A stretch of 64,000 nucleotides of DNA. It comes from Eledone cirrhosa. Lineage: Eukaryota. The translations under genes and the position numbers were made by a program. Position 1 is the stretch's first letter. Every line of letters starts with the position of its first letter. Of the stretch, positions 43,470 through 57,358 are shown one piece after another. The notes under the pieces were generated by a model. The model saw nothing but the letters and a program-made list of their open reading frames with translations. It did not search any database and was not told the origin of the DNA. Where the stretch lies: the NCBI GenBank assembly GCA_964016885.1, contig OZ024754.1:32798001-32862000 (forward strand), given 5' to 3'.

Positions 43470-45395
43470 ACAGACTCTCTCTCTTTCCCACCATAACCCT
43501 CCATCTCCACACACACACAGCCCTCTCTCCCCCCACAGACTCTTTGTCTTTCCCACCATAACCCTCCATCTCCACACACATACAGCCCTCTCTCCCCCCA
43601 CAGACTCTCTGTCTTTCCCACCATAACCCTCCATCTCCACACACACACAGCCCTCTCTCCCCCCACAGACTCTCTGTCTTTCCCACCATAACCCTCCATC
43701 TCTACACACACACAGCCCTCTCTCCCCCCACAGACTCTCTGTCTTTCCCACCATAACCCTCCATCTCTACACACACACAGCCCTCTCTCCCCCCACAGAC
43801 TCTCTGTCTTTCCCACCATAACCCTCCATCTCTACACACACACAGCCCTCTCTCCCCCCACAGACTCTCTGTCTTTCCCACCATAACCCTCCATCTCTAC
43901 ACACACACAGCCCTCTCTCCCCCCACAGACTCTCTGTCTTTCCCACCATAACCCTCCATCTCCACACACACACAGCCCTCTCTCCCCCCACAGACTCTCT
44001 GTCTTTCCCACCATAACCCTCCATCTCCACACACACACAGCCCTCTCTCCCCCCACAGACTCTCTGTCTTTCCCACCATAACCCTCCATCTCCACACACA
44101 CACAGCCCTCTCTCCCCCCACAGACTCTCTGTCTTTCCCACCATAACCCTCCATCTCCACACACACACAGCCCTCTCTCCCCCCACAGACTCTCTGTCTT
44201 TCCCACCATAACCCTCCATCTCCACACACACACAGCCCACTCTCCCCCCACAGACTCTCTGTCTTTCCCACCATAACCCTCCATCTCCACACACACACAG
44301 CCCTCTCTCCCCCCACAGACTCTCTGTCTTTCCCACCATAACCCTCCATCTCCACACACACACAGCCCTCTCTCCCCCCACAGACTCTCTGTCTTTCCCA
44401 CCATAACCCTCCATCTCTACACACACACAGCCCTCTCTCCCCCCACAGACTCTCTGTCTTTCCCACCATAACCCTCCATCTCTACACACACACAGCCCTC
44501 TCTCCCCCCACAGACTCTCTGTCTTTCCCACCATAACCCTCCATCTCTACACACACACAGCCCTCTCTCCCCCCACAGACTCTCTGTCTTTCCCACCATA
44601 ACCCTCCATCTCTACACACACACAGCCCTCTCTCCCCCCACAGACTCTCTGTCTTTCCCACCATAACCCTCCATCTCCACACACACACAGCCCTCTCTCC
44701 CCCCACAGACTCTCTGTCTTTCCCACCATAACCCTCCATCTCCACACACACACAGCCCTCTCTCCCCCCACAGACTCTCTGTCTTTCCCACCATAACCCT
44801 CCATCTCCACACACACACAGCCCTCTCTCCCCCCACAGACTCTCTGTCTTTCCCACCATAACCCTCCATCTCCACACACACACAGCCCTCTCTCCCCCCA
44901 CAGACTCTCTGTCTTTCCCACCATAACCCTCCATCTCCACACACACACAGCCCTCTCTCCCCCCACAGACTCTCTGTCTTTCCCACCATAACCCTCCATC
45001 TCTACACACACACAGCCCTCTCTCCCCCCACAGACTCTCTGTCTTTCCCACCATAACCCTCCATCTCTACACACACACAGCCCTCTCTCCCCCCACAGAC
45101 TCTCTGTCTTTCCCACCATAACCCTCCATCTCTACACACACACAGCCCTCTCTCCCCCCACAGACTCTCTGTCTTTCCCACCATAACCCTCCATCTCTAC
45201 ACACACACAGCCCTCTCTCCCCCCACAGACTCTCTGTCTTTCCCACCATAACCCTCCATCTCCACACACACACAGCCCTCTCTCCCCCCACAGACTCTCT
45301 GTCTTTCCCACCATAACCCTCCATCTCTACACACACAGCCCTCCCTCCCCACACACACAGACTCTGTCTTTCTCACCATAACCCTCCATCTCAGC
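43470..45395. repeat. 65-bp minisatellite, ~29 near-identical copies
   Basis: Unit cagactctctgtctttcccaccataaccctccatctc(c/t)acacacacacagccctctctcccccca. Confidence 0.97.
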
Positions 45396-45672
45396 CACAT
45401 CTTGTTATGTCCACCATTACAGTACAATACTCCACCTCTCACTTATCTCTAACATTTAACAGACATAGCTCCGCCATTCCTCATTCTTTTCCCATATCTT
45501 TCTTCCCTCCCTTTCTATATCCACCTCTCCTTCTCCGTCTGCCTCTTTCACCCTTTGTCTCTCTCTATCTATGGATTCATCTATTCATCTATTCATCTAT
45601 CTGTCTATCAATCTATGTATCTAATCTTACATTCATCCATACATCATCTATCTATCTGTCTATCTGTCTATC

Positions 45673-46106
45673 AATGGTGGACAAGATTGAGAGGACTGAG
45701 GACAGATGCCTTTCTCTCCGGACAACCATTGATTCCCTTCTTTAAGTATCACTTTAGAAGGAGAATCAGAGTGGAGAGAGAGGCACAGCACCCCAGTAAA
45801 TTTACTGAAAGTTGGGTGAATGAAGCGAAAATGGCCCGAGTGATTGGGCCTTCTCTGTATATAAACCTGTAGGTTAAAGAAGAGAGCAAAAGGAAGAAGG
45901 GGGCACTTGCAGCACAGCACGCTCCTGAAGTTGAGGGTTGTTCTATCGACGGGGTATTAAACAACCCATTTGTGGCGCCTCCCCCTATTGGGGATTTCGA
46001 TTGTTATATTTGTTTGTTTATATTTTTTACACGACTGTATGTAAAATCCCCGGCATCTCTTTGTATTGTCCCCTTTTCTTGTGCGCCCTTGTGGCAAATA
46101 AAGAAA
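45673..46106 (+). mobile_element. Tx1/L1-clade-like LINE 3' end in (TCTA)n
   Basis: WWTRLRG...FFKYHFRRRIRVERE...FTESWV resembles a Tx1 ORF2 C-terminus; 3'UTR ends gtggcaaataaagaaa followed by tctatcta. Confidence 0.55.
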
Positions 46107-46154
46107 TCTATCTATATATCTCTCTCTCTATATATATATACATACATTATAATT

Positions 46155-46261
46155 ATCCCGCCGAGGTTGACTTTGCCTTTCATCCTTACGGAGTCGATAA
46201 AATAAAGTACCAGTAATGCACTGGGTAATTGCTGGCCTTGTGCCTAAAGTAGAAACAATTA

Positions 46262-46262
<1 letters not shown>
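46155..46262 (+). mobile_element. 5'-truncated MetaSINE-like SINE
   Basis: Core and tail of the family. Confidence 0.8.
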
Positions 46263-46308
<46 letters not shown>

Positions 46309-46541
46309 GTATACATATATATATATATATGTATCACACTCCGTCACTCATCGCCTCAGCCTTTATACCACTCTTGCTATAACCATTAAAACACAGATTT
46401 GTCGTCTCGCCGATCTAACCATTTAACAATTCCACCATCTGATCAATTATCATTAGTTACTCTGCTCCTTCCTCTCTATCCTAACGTGCCTCACACCCCC
46501 ACCCTACGTAGTCCTATCTATCTCTCTCTCTATATATATAG

Positions 46542-46573
<32 letters not shown>

Positions 46574-46998
46574 CTAAACTATAATAAAGCGCAGGACTGC
46601 GTACGGTTTATCATTTTTTATCCCATTAGTAAAATAAGTTGGATTACTTCGAATAAATAATGAATGAATATTACATAATTTATCTACTAAATTTCGTGGC
46701 TGTTGATTAAATATATTTTGTTTATTTAAAGATTCACTTCTTTAAAATTTCTGAAATGTCAACACTTCCGGTTGGCTATCGCATAAATAAACATAGTCAT
46801 TTTCTGTCACTAATTTTCTCCTAATGCATTTTATATATAATATCGTCTTTTTTTAATGTATCATGGATTACGTTACTGATTACATAAGACGGTGTAACGC
46901 AGTCTTCGTTCACTTTCTATGTATTATTACGATTTTATTTGATGTATCATATCTACATGTATATATACCTGCGTAAAATATCAATATACACACTACAC

Positions 46999-47042
46999 AT
47001 ACTAGCAGAAAACCACCCGTGGGTAGTTTTTCTGCTAGTATA
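46999..47042. repeat. Short hairpin/palindrome
   Basis: atactagcagaaaa-ccacccgtgggtagt-ttttctgctagtat. Confidence 0.75.
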
Positions 47043-47361
47043 TATAATTTAGTTAAAAGGGACTAGAACTGTTTCATTCCTTTGAAATCATTCCTTATCC
47101 AGTTGAACTTCTTACTCAATGTACGAGCAAAGTGGTTGAGTAACAAGTATGATAGAGCTTCACATTTAATTTATATGTTCAGTCTCTTCGATGTTTTTCA
47201 TACAGTTTCCCTTTACACAATTTCATGACAGGGCTTCAGCCAAACAGAAACTTTGGTAAAATACCAACGTGAAGGACACGACGCACCGAACACTCTAACC
47301 CTTAAGCCACGCACCTTCACATACATACATGCCTACAAACATACACGTGCACATGTATATA

Positions 47362-47398
<37 letters not shown>

Positions 47399-47462
47399 AG
47401 GCATGTATTGAGTTAGAAACTCAAAATAGTCTCATTATAGTAAATTAGCTCTAAGAAAAAAG

Positions 47463-47533
<71 letters not shown>

Positions 47534-47552
47534 CATATATATACATACATAC

Positions 47553-48070
<518 letters not shown>

Positions 48071-48424
48071 GTATCCAATGATGTTGACTTGTTCTTCTTT
48101 TTGGTAAATATCATCTTGGTTAAGAGAGTGGGACTGGCTTTGTGCAGTGCCTTTGCTCACTATAAAAGCTTCACGGCACAGGCATTGCTTTATATCTGGA
48201 GATCTCTCTGCACTTGTCATCACATGGTACCAAGGGCCCAGCACTATGTGTCAATAATTGTCACAAGTGTAGTGTTTGTACCAGAGTTTTCAAGTCGCTG
48301 GCTGGACTAAAAAGTCACACTTGTTTAGCGCATCGGTAGGCGTTCTCCTACATGGATATAAAGTAGTGGCCGTACTCGAAAACGAGTTGGCAGCCACCAT
48401 ATATATATATATATATATATAAAG

Positions 48425-48977
48425 CTTTCGAGCTGACTTTGGGAGGCTCCCGTACAGCTCTGATTTCTTCATCCTCAGTGTATACTGATTGATCTCCAGA
48501 GCCATCCTCTGCATTCTCGTGTAGCACCCATCCACCATCTGAGTGCGTTTCTTGGTCAGTGTCTAAGTCTCAGACCCGTACATCAGCACAGACTCCACTA
48601 CATCAAGGAAGAGACGGATCTTCGGGTCTTTACGTAGGTCCGACTTCCACACCGACTCAAACCGTGGCCTGCCACCCAGGCTCTGCTCTTCTCAACCACA
48701 TCATCTTCTGTATTTCCAGTCTTTGCTCCCAGATACAGGAAGTCCTCAACCAACTCTAGCGGCTTCCCGCCTACATTTATAATCTTCTCTTGCTTCTTAA
48801 TATTCTCTACCAGATACTTCGTCTTAATCTCATTCATTCTCAGCCCCACACTCATCGACACAGTCTCCACTTCTTGCATCAGCTCCTCTACCTCCTTCAC
48901 TGTGTTTGTCACCAGAACTATGTCGTCAGCAAATTAAGCATCTGATATCTTTTTAGCCTTAACTCTCCTGCTCTGAG
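48425..48977 (-). pseudogene. RTE reverse transcriptase fragment (inverted 5' part)
   Basis: FADDIVL, VGLRMNEIKTKY, LELVEDFLYLG, DGCYTRMQRMAL, ELYGSLPK; frameshifted. Confidence 0.85.
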
Positions 48978-49240
48978 CCAAAAAGTCAGCTCGAAAGTAA
49001 CACAGAGGAGACTGAGATTAGCTGGACATGCTCACTGACATCCAGAGTTGACACTGCAGTCAGTGCTCTTGTGGGAGCCCCTACACGGATACACTAGAAG
49101 AGGGAGACCGAGGCTGACATATATTGATGACCTAAGGACAGACACTGTTCTCAAGGAGATGCAGGACATGGTGGCGATGAAGAAAGACAGAGATCGCTGG
49201 AGAGAACTCGCTAATGGATCTTAGGAATTTTACCCGCCCT
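48978..49240 (+). pseudogene. RTE 3' end, continuing the inverted fragment
   Basis: KVSSKVTQRRLRLAGHAH*HPE...VLLWEP..G...RGRPRLTYIDDL...DRDRW. Confidence 0.85.
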
Positions 49241-49251
49241 ATATATATATA

Positions 49252-49433
49252 TGAAAAATTCAGGACCCCGACGGCTGAGCTCCGGCTGTTTCGACAACTG
49301 CATCCGAACTGTTGAAACGGCCGCAGCTAAGCTGTCGGGGTCCTGAATCTTTTCATATTACCCACTCTACTACCTCAAGTATTGAGTACTCTGGTGAGTA
49401 ATGGTCGACCTGGCTTTTACCGTCTCCATTCTG

Positions 49434-49435
<2 letters not shown>
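49252..49435. mobile_element. Diverged palindromic half-hammerhead family element
   Basis: caggaccccgac...gtcggggtcctg palindrome plus tail cccactctactacctcaagtattgagtactctgg. Confidence 0.75.
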
Positions 49436-49514
<79 letters not shown>

Positions 49515-50759
49515 TGTGTGAGTGTGTGAGTGTGTGAGTGTGTGAGTGTGTGTGTGTGCGCGTGTGAGCGCCTGGGTGTGTGTGTCTGTCTGTGTTTCTA
49601 TACATGTATATATATATATATATATATATGTTTATATGTGTGTGTGTGTGTGTGTCTTTCCCTAATTGAAACTGTAATATTTCCCGTCATCATTACTGTC
49701 AGTTAAACGTCTCTTTGCCTTTCGTCCTCGCTCTCACTCCCTCCTTCTGTCTATCACCGTGTCTCTTCTTCTCACATTCCTCCCTGCCTCTCTCCCTTCC
49801 TCCCTTTCTTTATATGTTTTGTCTTTTTAATTCTGTCTTTTTTTTTTGTTTTGTTGCGTATATTTGTTTGTTTATTTGTCTTCTGTTATATACCCACCAC
49901 CCCACACACTTTCCCTTCCCCTTCTCCCTGTTTAACGTTCGCCGTTGACTGTCATATGTTTGGTGTTTAGCAAATGGACGATCCGTGAAACGCACAGACC
50001 CGTTTTAATGGCCGACACCACCAACAACAATAACAACAAAACAAACAAAAAACAACAATAAGAACTAAAACAACAATAACAACAACAAAAACAACAAAGA
50101 CAACAATAATAACAACAGCGACAACAGACAACAATAACAGCAACTACAGCGATGACGGCAGCCGACACGGCACGCCGCTAAATTAAATGTGTTGTCGGAT
50201 CAAATTCTTTGCCATAAACAATAAATGTAACATACATACAAAACACAACACCAATGCAACACTAACACATACACATACACAAAACACATACACATACACA
50301 AAACATAACACATGCACAACGCCAACACCAACACATACACCACACATACACATACACAAAACATACGCATACACAAAACACAACACATACACAAAACAAA
50401 AAAAAACACTCAAAATACAACACCAACACACACAAAACACAACACCAACACACACACAAAACACAACACACACAAAACACAATACCAACACACACAAAAC
50501 ACAACACCAACCCATACACAAACACAAACATACACATACACAAACACCAAGCTGTCAAATAAACAAACAATCACACAAATAAAGACAAAATAAAACTAGA
50601 CATAAATATAACGACTGAATCTAACGTGTAGCCAACTAGCCAGCCATTGAACCGGAAGTGAACTAACAATCTCGAAACATCCACATTATAACGCATTAAT
50701 TGTCGCCATAATATGGGAAATACAGTTTGGTCTCGGCTTGTTCCTCTTTTTATTGTATT

Positions 50760-50783
50760 CTTTTACTTTTTTCTTCTTTTCAT

Positions 50784-50832
<49 letters not shown>

Positions 50833-51500
50833 TTTTTTCTGTCTTCCTGGCTTTCTTTCTTTCATTTTCCATTCTTTCTTTCTTTCTCTCTTCATTTTCT
50901 TCCTCTCCCTTTTCTTTCTTTCTTTCTTTCTTTCTTTCTCTCTCTCACTCTCTCTTTTTGTCTTTCTTTCTGACTTTCTTTTTCATTTTCCATTCTTTCT
51001 TTCCTTTTCTCCCTTTTCTTGCTTTCTTTCTCTCTCTTTCTTTTTCTCTTTCTCTCTCTTTCTTTCTTTCTTTCTTTTTCTTTCTTTCCCTCCCTTTTCT
51101 TTCTTTCTTATTTTCGATCTTTCATTCTCCTTTCTTTCTTGCGATTCGTTTTCTTTCTTATTTCCTATCTTTCATTTTTCTTTCTTTCCTTCCTTATTTT
51201 AATAATTCATTCATTCATTCTTTCTTTCTTTATTTTTTTTACTCGTTTGTTTCTTTTCTTTTTTTTCCGTTCATTCAACCTTTGTTCATTCATTCTCTAT
51301 TTTCTGTCTTTCTGTCTTTCTTTCTATACTTCATACTTTATTTAATTCCTTTCTTTCAGTCTTTCCATTGTTTTTCATTCTTTATATTTTTTCTTTGAAT
51401 ATGTTCTCACTCATTCTCTGTTTTCTTTTTTTCCTTCTTTCTTTTCTTTCATTCTCTCTTTCTATCATAAAATTCTTCTTTGTTTTCCTTCAATCACTTC
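50760..51500. repeat. Polypyrimidine (TTTC)n low-complexity tract
   Basis: Simple repeat. Confidence 0.9.
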
Positions 51501-51571
51501 ATTATTAAATTCCCCATTTCTTTCCTTTTAAATATTCCTTCATTCTTTGACCACTAGGGTCGAAATACGAT

Positions 51572-51765
51572 AATGATTGTTTCTACTTTTGGCACAAGGC
51601 CAGCAATTATCCCAGTGCATTACTGGTACTTTATTTTATCGAGCCCGTAAGGATGAAAGGCAAAGTTAACCTCGGCCGTATTTGAACTCAGAAGGGCAAG
51701 GGCCGTAACTCTATGCGTCAAAGTATGGCGTCCAACCCTCTACCGATACTGCCAATTCACCGCCC
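51572..51765 (-). mobile_element. MetaSINE-like tRNA-SINE
   Basis: Full family sequence. Confidence 0.85.
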
Positions 51766-51809
51766 TGGCTAATAATAATAATCTAGGACTAATAATAATA
51801 ATAACTAAC

Positions 51810-52025
51810 AATGATTTCTACGATAGCCACAAGGCCAGCAATTTTGGGGGAGGGGGAAGTCGATTAAATCGGCCCAGTGCGTGACTGGTACTTTATTTTA
51901 TCGACCCCATAAGGATGAAAGGCAAAGTTAACCTAGGCGGGATTTGAACTCAGAACGTAAAGTGTCATAACTCTATGCTGCAAAGCATGGTATCTAACGC
52001 TCTACCGATACTGCCAATCCATCTC
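51810..52025 (-). mobile_element. MetaSINE-like SINE, long-tail subfamily
   Basis: Core plus extra segment gatttaatcgacttccccctcc, also seen at 60091-60320. Confidence 0.8.
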
Positions 52026-52059
52026 CTTCTAATACTACTAATAATGACAACGATGATGA

Positions 52060-52250
52060 TGATGATGATGATGATTTTATCAGCCACAAGGGCACAAGTC
52101 GTTAGGGACACTGATTGAAAAAGAAACAACCCAGTACCGAATGGGGTTACTGACGAGTAAACCTCAGTATATTCCATATGTGAAACCCTACAGTATTGTA
52201 TTTCGTATGCTGAGCAAGCCCTTGAGTTATTTTCCTTCAGTCCTTTTGTT
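52060..52250 (-). mobile_element. LINE 3' end with (ATC)n tail
   Basis: Reverse strand ends cttgtgcccttgtggctgataaa(atc)n, similar to the 3' end at 46078-46106. Confidence 0.45.
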
Positions 52251-52729
52251 GACACACACATATACGCAGGCATACACACACACATAGACAGCCGGAGAGA
52301 CGCACGCACAAACACACACATGCACACATACACATATACACAAATACACATATGGTATATATGCTTATAAATATATTACTTTCCATCTATCTACACTCAA
52401 ACACGTATACACATGCAAACATACCTTATACGCACACTTACATCTACACAAGCACGCACGCACACACATAAAGACACACGCATACACACATGGACACAGC
52501 GGTATGGAAACATTAAACTCAACAACGACATCTACATGTTTGAGGTGGGAGAAGGCTTTTGGTCAAAATGGTGTGTACCACGTGACCTCCTCCATCAATT
52601 AGCTGTGTGTGATGTGAGGTTCGGACGGTTTATGACTTTTAGCCGCTCTCAACGATTAACGAGTTGCCTTATGTGACACCAACGGTCGTAAAATGCCGGG
52701 CACTCATCATTTTCACTCGTTTTTGTTTA

Positions 52730-53010
52730 TGAGAGACAACGCCGTCGTAACAGAATCAATAGTAGACCGAATAAGGGGAGTATCAGTGTAGGTCTTCGAC
52801 AATGCTAGAAATAGCAGCTAAATCTACCTCTATTCTCAACCAGCTGTCTTTAAATCATCAAAGTGTGTTATGTATTGCTGAGAGACAACGCCGTCGTAAT
52901 AGAATCAAAAGTAAACCGTATAAGGAGAGCATCAGTGTAGGTGCTGACAATGTTAGAAATAGCAGCTAAATCTACCTCAACTCCCAACCAACTGACTTTA
53001 AATCATTGAA
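52730..53010. repeat. Diverged ~150-bp direct duplication
   Basis: gagagacaacgccgtcgtaa...ctagaaatagcagctaaatctacctc occurs twice. Confidence 0.8.
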
Positions 53011-53026
53011 GTATGTTGTGAATTGG

Positions 53027-53400
53027 ACATCCGTCGGTTACGACGACGAGTGTTCCAGTTGTTTGATGAACAGTACAGCCTGCTCTTGAAATGAACGGGG
53101 AAATAACTGAGCACTCCACAAACATGTGTACTGTTAAAATAATTCCCAGACAGTTTCAGTGTGATACAGTATGGCACAGACACGTGTACCATTGAAACAA
53201 TTCCCAGTCAGTTTCAGCGTGACACAGTATGGCAAGACTGGTTCTTTGAATTACATATACAATTGACCTTTGCAATCTGAGTGAATTAAAATAATATGAA
53301 ATAGAGGGTCTTGCGCAAGGACACAATGCGCAGCCGGGATTCGAACTTATGATCTTACGATCGTGAGCCGAAAGCCATAAGATATATGTCACACGCCTTC
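53027..53400 (-). mobile_element. tRNA-SINE, second family (diverged)
   Basis: Homologous to the 61266-62004 body and tRNA head (gttcgaatccc; tgtgtccttgcgcaagac). Confidence 0.75.
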
Positions 53401-53690
53401 ACAAAACAAAATATCGAAATACACATTGGTAATATAATTTTGCCCTTTACCGTTTAGCCAAGAAGTTAAATAAATGTCCACAACTATTTTCAAGGTATCC
53501 GAAAGTGGTACAAGAGAGGTGGGTATGAAGGGAGGAAAGTTTTCTTAATCGAAAGACATCATTCGAAAGCTTGCAACAGAGTGAACATCGCTGTAGGCAT
53601 CAAAGAGTCAGGTGACTGTGTTATACCAGACAACAGATACACTGTCTGAATGAAAGTACAGAGAAAAAATACCGGGATGACCATGGACAG

Positions 53691-54281
53691 AAGGGCGGTG
53701 GATTGGCAGTATCGGTAGAGAGTCGGACGCCATGCTTTCCAGCATAGTTACATCCCTTTACGGTCTGAGTTCAAATCCCGTCGAGGTTAACTTTGCCTTT
53801 CATCCTTACGGGGTCAATAAAATAAAGTACCAGTAATGTACTGGGTAATTGCTGGCCTTGTGCCAATAGTAGAAACAATTATTTCATAAGGGCGGTGGAT
53901 TGGCAGTATCGGTAGAGAGTCGGACGCCATGCTTTCCAGCATAGTTACATCCCTTTACGGTCTGAGTTCAAATCCCGTCGAGGTTAACTTTGCCTTTCAT
54001 CCTTACGGGGTCAATAAAATAAAGTACCAGTAATGTACTGGGTAATTGCTGGCCTTGTGCCAATAGTAGAAACAATTATTTCATAAGGGCGGTGGATTGG
54101 CAGTATCGGTAGAGAGTCGGACGCCATGCTTTCCAGCATAGTTACATCCCTTTACGGTCTGAGTTCAAATCCCGTCGAGGTTAACTTTGCCTTTCATCCT
54201 TATGGGGTCGATAAAATAAAGTACCAGTAATGTACTAGGTATTTGCTGGCCTTGTGCCTAAAGTAGAAACAATTATTTCAT
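53691..54281 (+). mobile_element. Head-to-tail trimer of a MetaSINE-like SINE (197-bp period)
   Basis: Units start at 53691, 53888 and 54085. Confidence 0.9.
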
Positions 54282-55351
54282 ATCTCTGATTGATCACAGC
54301 AGAGATAATCTGCAGTTAAATATCGACAGAAACATGATCTTCATTGATCCCATGAGAAACTTTCTGCGCAGCCGCACCGATTAGTTTTTTGTTGTTGTTT
54401 TGTTGTTGTTTTGTTTTTTTTTCTCACAAATGTTTTCGTCTTTCTTTGATGATATTTAAACATAAATATAAAATGGTCTGAAGCACAGTTTTATCTACCG
54501 AATTCCACTCACAATGTATGGACCAGTCCGATCACGTGATAAAAGAGCATTTGCTAAGCGTGACACGCAGGGGATTAAAACTGGAACCAATCATCATCAT
54601 CATCATCATCATCATCTTCACTGCTACAACTAACCATCACCATCACCATCACCACCATCGTTGTCGTCGTCATCATCGTCATCGTCTTCATTACCATCAT
54701 CATCATCATCATCATTGCCACAACTAACCACCACCACCATCATCATCGTCATCATCGTTGCCGTCATCATCACCATCGTCATCACCACCACCATCATCAC
54801 CATCATCATCATCATCGTCGTCGCTTATATATATTCGCCCGTAGGTTTATTATCGATTTACGGGTCTTTAATGCGGTTTTAGTCTTGTTTTGTGTCTAAA
54901 CTGATCGGGTTCTTAGAGAACTGATCGGGCTTTCCTCTTAAGGGCAGAACCTGTTACTAAATCTTGTACCCGCCCTCCCCCCCCCCAGTTTGTTTTAAAA
55001 CAACAACAAAAACAAACAAACGAACAAAAAAAAAAAAAAAAAAGATGGTAGAAAAACAAATTTCAACCAAAGACACCAGCTGTCCAGAGAATGAAAGAAA
55101 CAAAGTTCAACCACTGCAGAAGACACCATCATCATCATCAGCAGCAACAGTAGCAACAACAACAGTTGCAATACACGTGATGCAACAGAAAGATACAACA
55201 GCTCTACCACCACCACAACAACAACACCAACACCAACAACAACAACACTAATTTGACCAAAAGCAATTACAACACTAGCACCAATTAGAAAGCAAAATAA
55301 ACAATGAAAACAATAACACCACTGCCACCACCACCACCATATATATATATA

Positions 55352-55569
55352 TAGGGACAAGTAAGACCCCGACGGCTGAGCTCGAGCCGTTTCGACGGCT
55401 AATTCTGGACTGGAATTAGCCGTCTGGAATCAGTCCAGAATTAGCCGTCGAAACGGCTTGAGCTCAGCCGTCGGGGGCTTACTTGTTCCTATTACCCACT
55501 CTACTACCCTAAGTATTGAGTACTTTGGTGCGTTATGGTCCACCTGGTTCCTTACCACATTTCCTCCGT

Positions 55570-55571
<2 letters not shown>
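55352..55571. mobile_element. Palindromic half-hammerhead family element
   Basis: Arms ~55352-55411 / 55432-55491 plus the family tail; TA flanks. Confidence 0.85.
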
Positions 55572-55610
<39 letters not shown>

Positions 55611-55617
<7 letters not shown>

Positions 55618-55890
55618 TATAAGCAGAACAAGCAAAATTCAACCAATTTTTTAAAATAAATTAAAAAATATAATTTAAATATTTACCTATTCATAGAGCC
55701 ATATGAATAGGTAAATATTTAAATTATATTTTTTAATTTATTTTAAAAAATTGGTTGAATTTTGCTTGTTCTGCTTATATTAATATTATAGTTCTGGTAT
55801 GTCAAATTGATACCATAGAACAACCTTAAATCATAGACAACCTATGTATTTCCAGGGGTACTTAGTACCCACGGGCTTACTAACTTCCCC
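55611..55890. mobile_element. Palindromic element of the 11066-11815 family
   Basis: Perfect arms ~55611-55694 / 55702-55786 plus tail gttctggtatgtcaaatt...tacttagtacc. Confidence 0.85.
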
Positions 55891-55959
<69 letters not shown>

Positions 55960-56138
55960 GTAAAGTCTAAAGTCTGTCTTAAGCCAGAAGGCTCATTTGG
56001 CCGGTGCTTATCCCGGTTTCATGGGGCGTGAAGCAACTGAGAGTACAAGACTCCCCCCTGGACAGGACGCCAGTCCATCGCAGGGTTAAACCTCCAGCTA
56101 TTGCTGGTACTCATTTTCAGCTGAGTATACTGGAGCAA
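55960..56138 (-). mobile_element. 3' part of a V-/Nin-domain-like SINE
   Basis: Reverse strand: ctcagctgaaaatgagtaccagc...accctgcgatggactggcgtcctgtccagggg...gaaaccgggataagc, with a (gacttta)n tail. Confidence 0.6.
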
Positions 56139-56189
56139 GATATATGTATATATATATATATACATATATATATATTATATATATATATT

Positions 56190-56375
56190 TAATTTAGTTA
56201 CATAATAAACAACACAATATAATTATTCCATTACCAAAGGTTTCAGGAGACTAGTCGATCTTTATAGAAACGGAATGAAATAATTATATTGTGTTGTTTA
56301 TTATGTAATTAAATAGCTCTGTACAATACATAGAGCACTCTTCTTTCCTTTACCTTTTCTACGGAAATACTTAGC
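56190..56375. mobile_element. Palindromic element related to 12912-13187
   Basis: ttacataataaacaacacaatataattatt and its inverse; tail catagagcactc. Confidence 0.7.
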
Positions 56376-56376
56376 A

Positions 56377-56471
<95 letters not shown>

Positions 56472-56474
<3 letters not shown>

Positions 56475-56618
56475 TAATAATAAATGTGAAGACTAAAATC
56501 CGAAGAGGGCTCCATAAGGATAATATATAAATCTATATAAAAACCGTAGAGAAAATATTTATTAAAATAACAGATTAAAGTTTAAGCAAAGAATCGCTAC
56601 TTTCACCCTTAACGGGAA
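56472..56618 (-). mobile_element. Truncated copy of the 19100-19260 family
   Basis: gaagactaaaatcc...aagcaaagaatcgct.ctttcacccttaacggga. Confidence 0.8.
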
Positions 56619-56652
<34 letters not shown>

Positions 56653-57324
56653 AAGCAAAGAGAATTGTTTCAGACTTTAAGAAGCTGAAATGTTTCAGAC
56701 TTTAAGAGTATCGCGAAAGGGTAGTTAGAGACCTTTCCGAGTTCTTTTTACATGGCTTATATAACCTGAAGGACCACTGCAATAAATGTCTGACTGTGAC
56801 AGGAAAATATGTTGAATAACATCATAATTAACTAACCCTCCTATATTTTATTTTAGCCAAATCCAGGAACTTTCAGCACCCTCTCGTAGTTATGTTTTAT
56901 ATATTTTATATAGTCATGTATTTATATATTTATATATTTATTTCAATCATTAGCTGTAGTAAATGTATTAAAACGATGTACTTAGAAGATTATGGCAAGT
57001 GATGAAAAGAAAGAGAATGGATAGAGGGAGAAATAGCTAACAGAGAGTTGAGGGAGGGGGGTAGGGGGGAAGAAGGAGGAGGATGGTGGGGGAGGGGGAG
57101 AGAGAGAGGGGGGAAGAAGGAGGAGGATGGTGGGAGGAGAAGCTGGTTATTTGATCAGTCCAGTGCTGGTCCATCAATGGGACGAAATCCTGCCGTTCCC
57201 TCTATTGTATGTCCTTTATTTGACAACAATATTACAATGTTAAGTGAGACAAAACGAGAGGAGCGGGGGCGAAGGTGAAGGAATATGAGGGGGGACGGGG
57301 CGGGAAAAGGGTAAGAGAGGGGGG

Positions 57325-57358
<34 letters not shown>

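Noticed and set aside
43470-45395. CRISPR-like array or repetitive protein
   Set aside because: Units are identical with no unique spacers; no cas genes; eukaryotic context
53691-53790. tRNA genes
   Set aside because: A/B boxes belong to SINE heads; no cloverleaf, and the sequence continues into the SINE core
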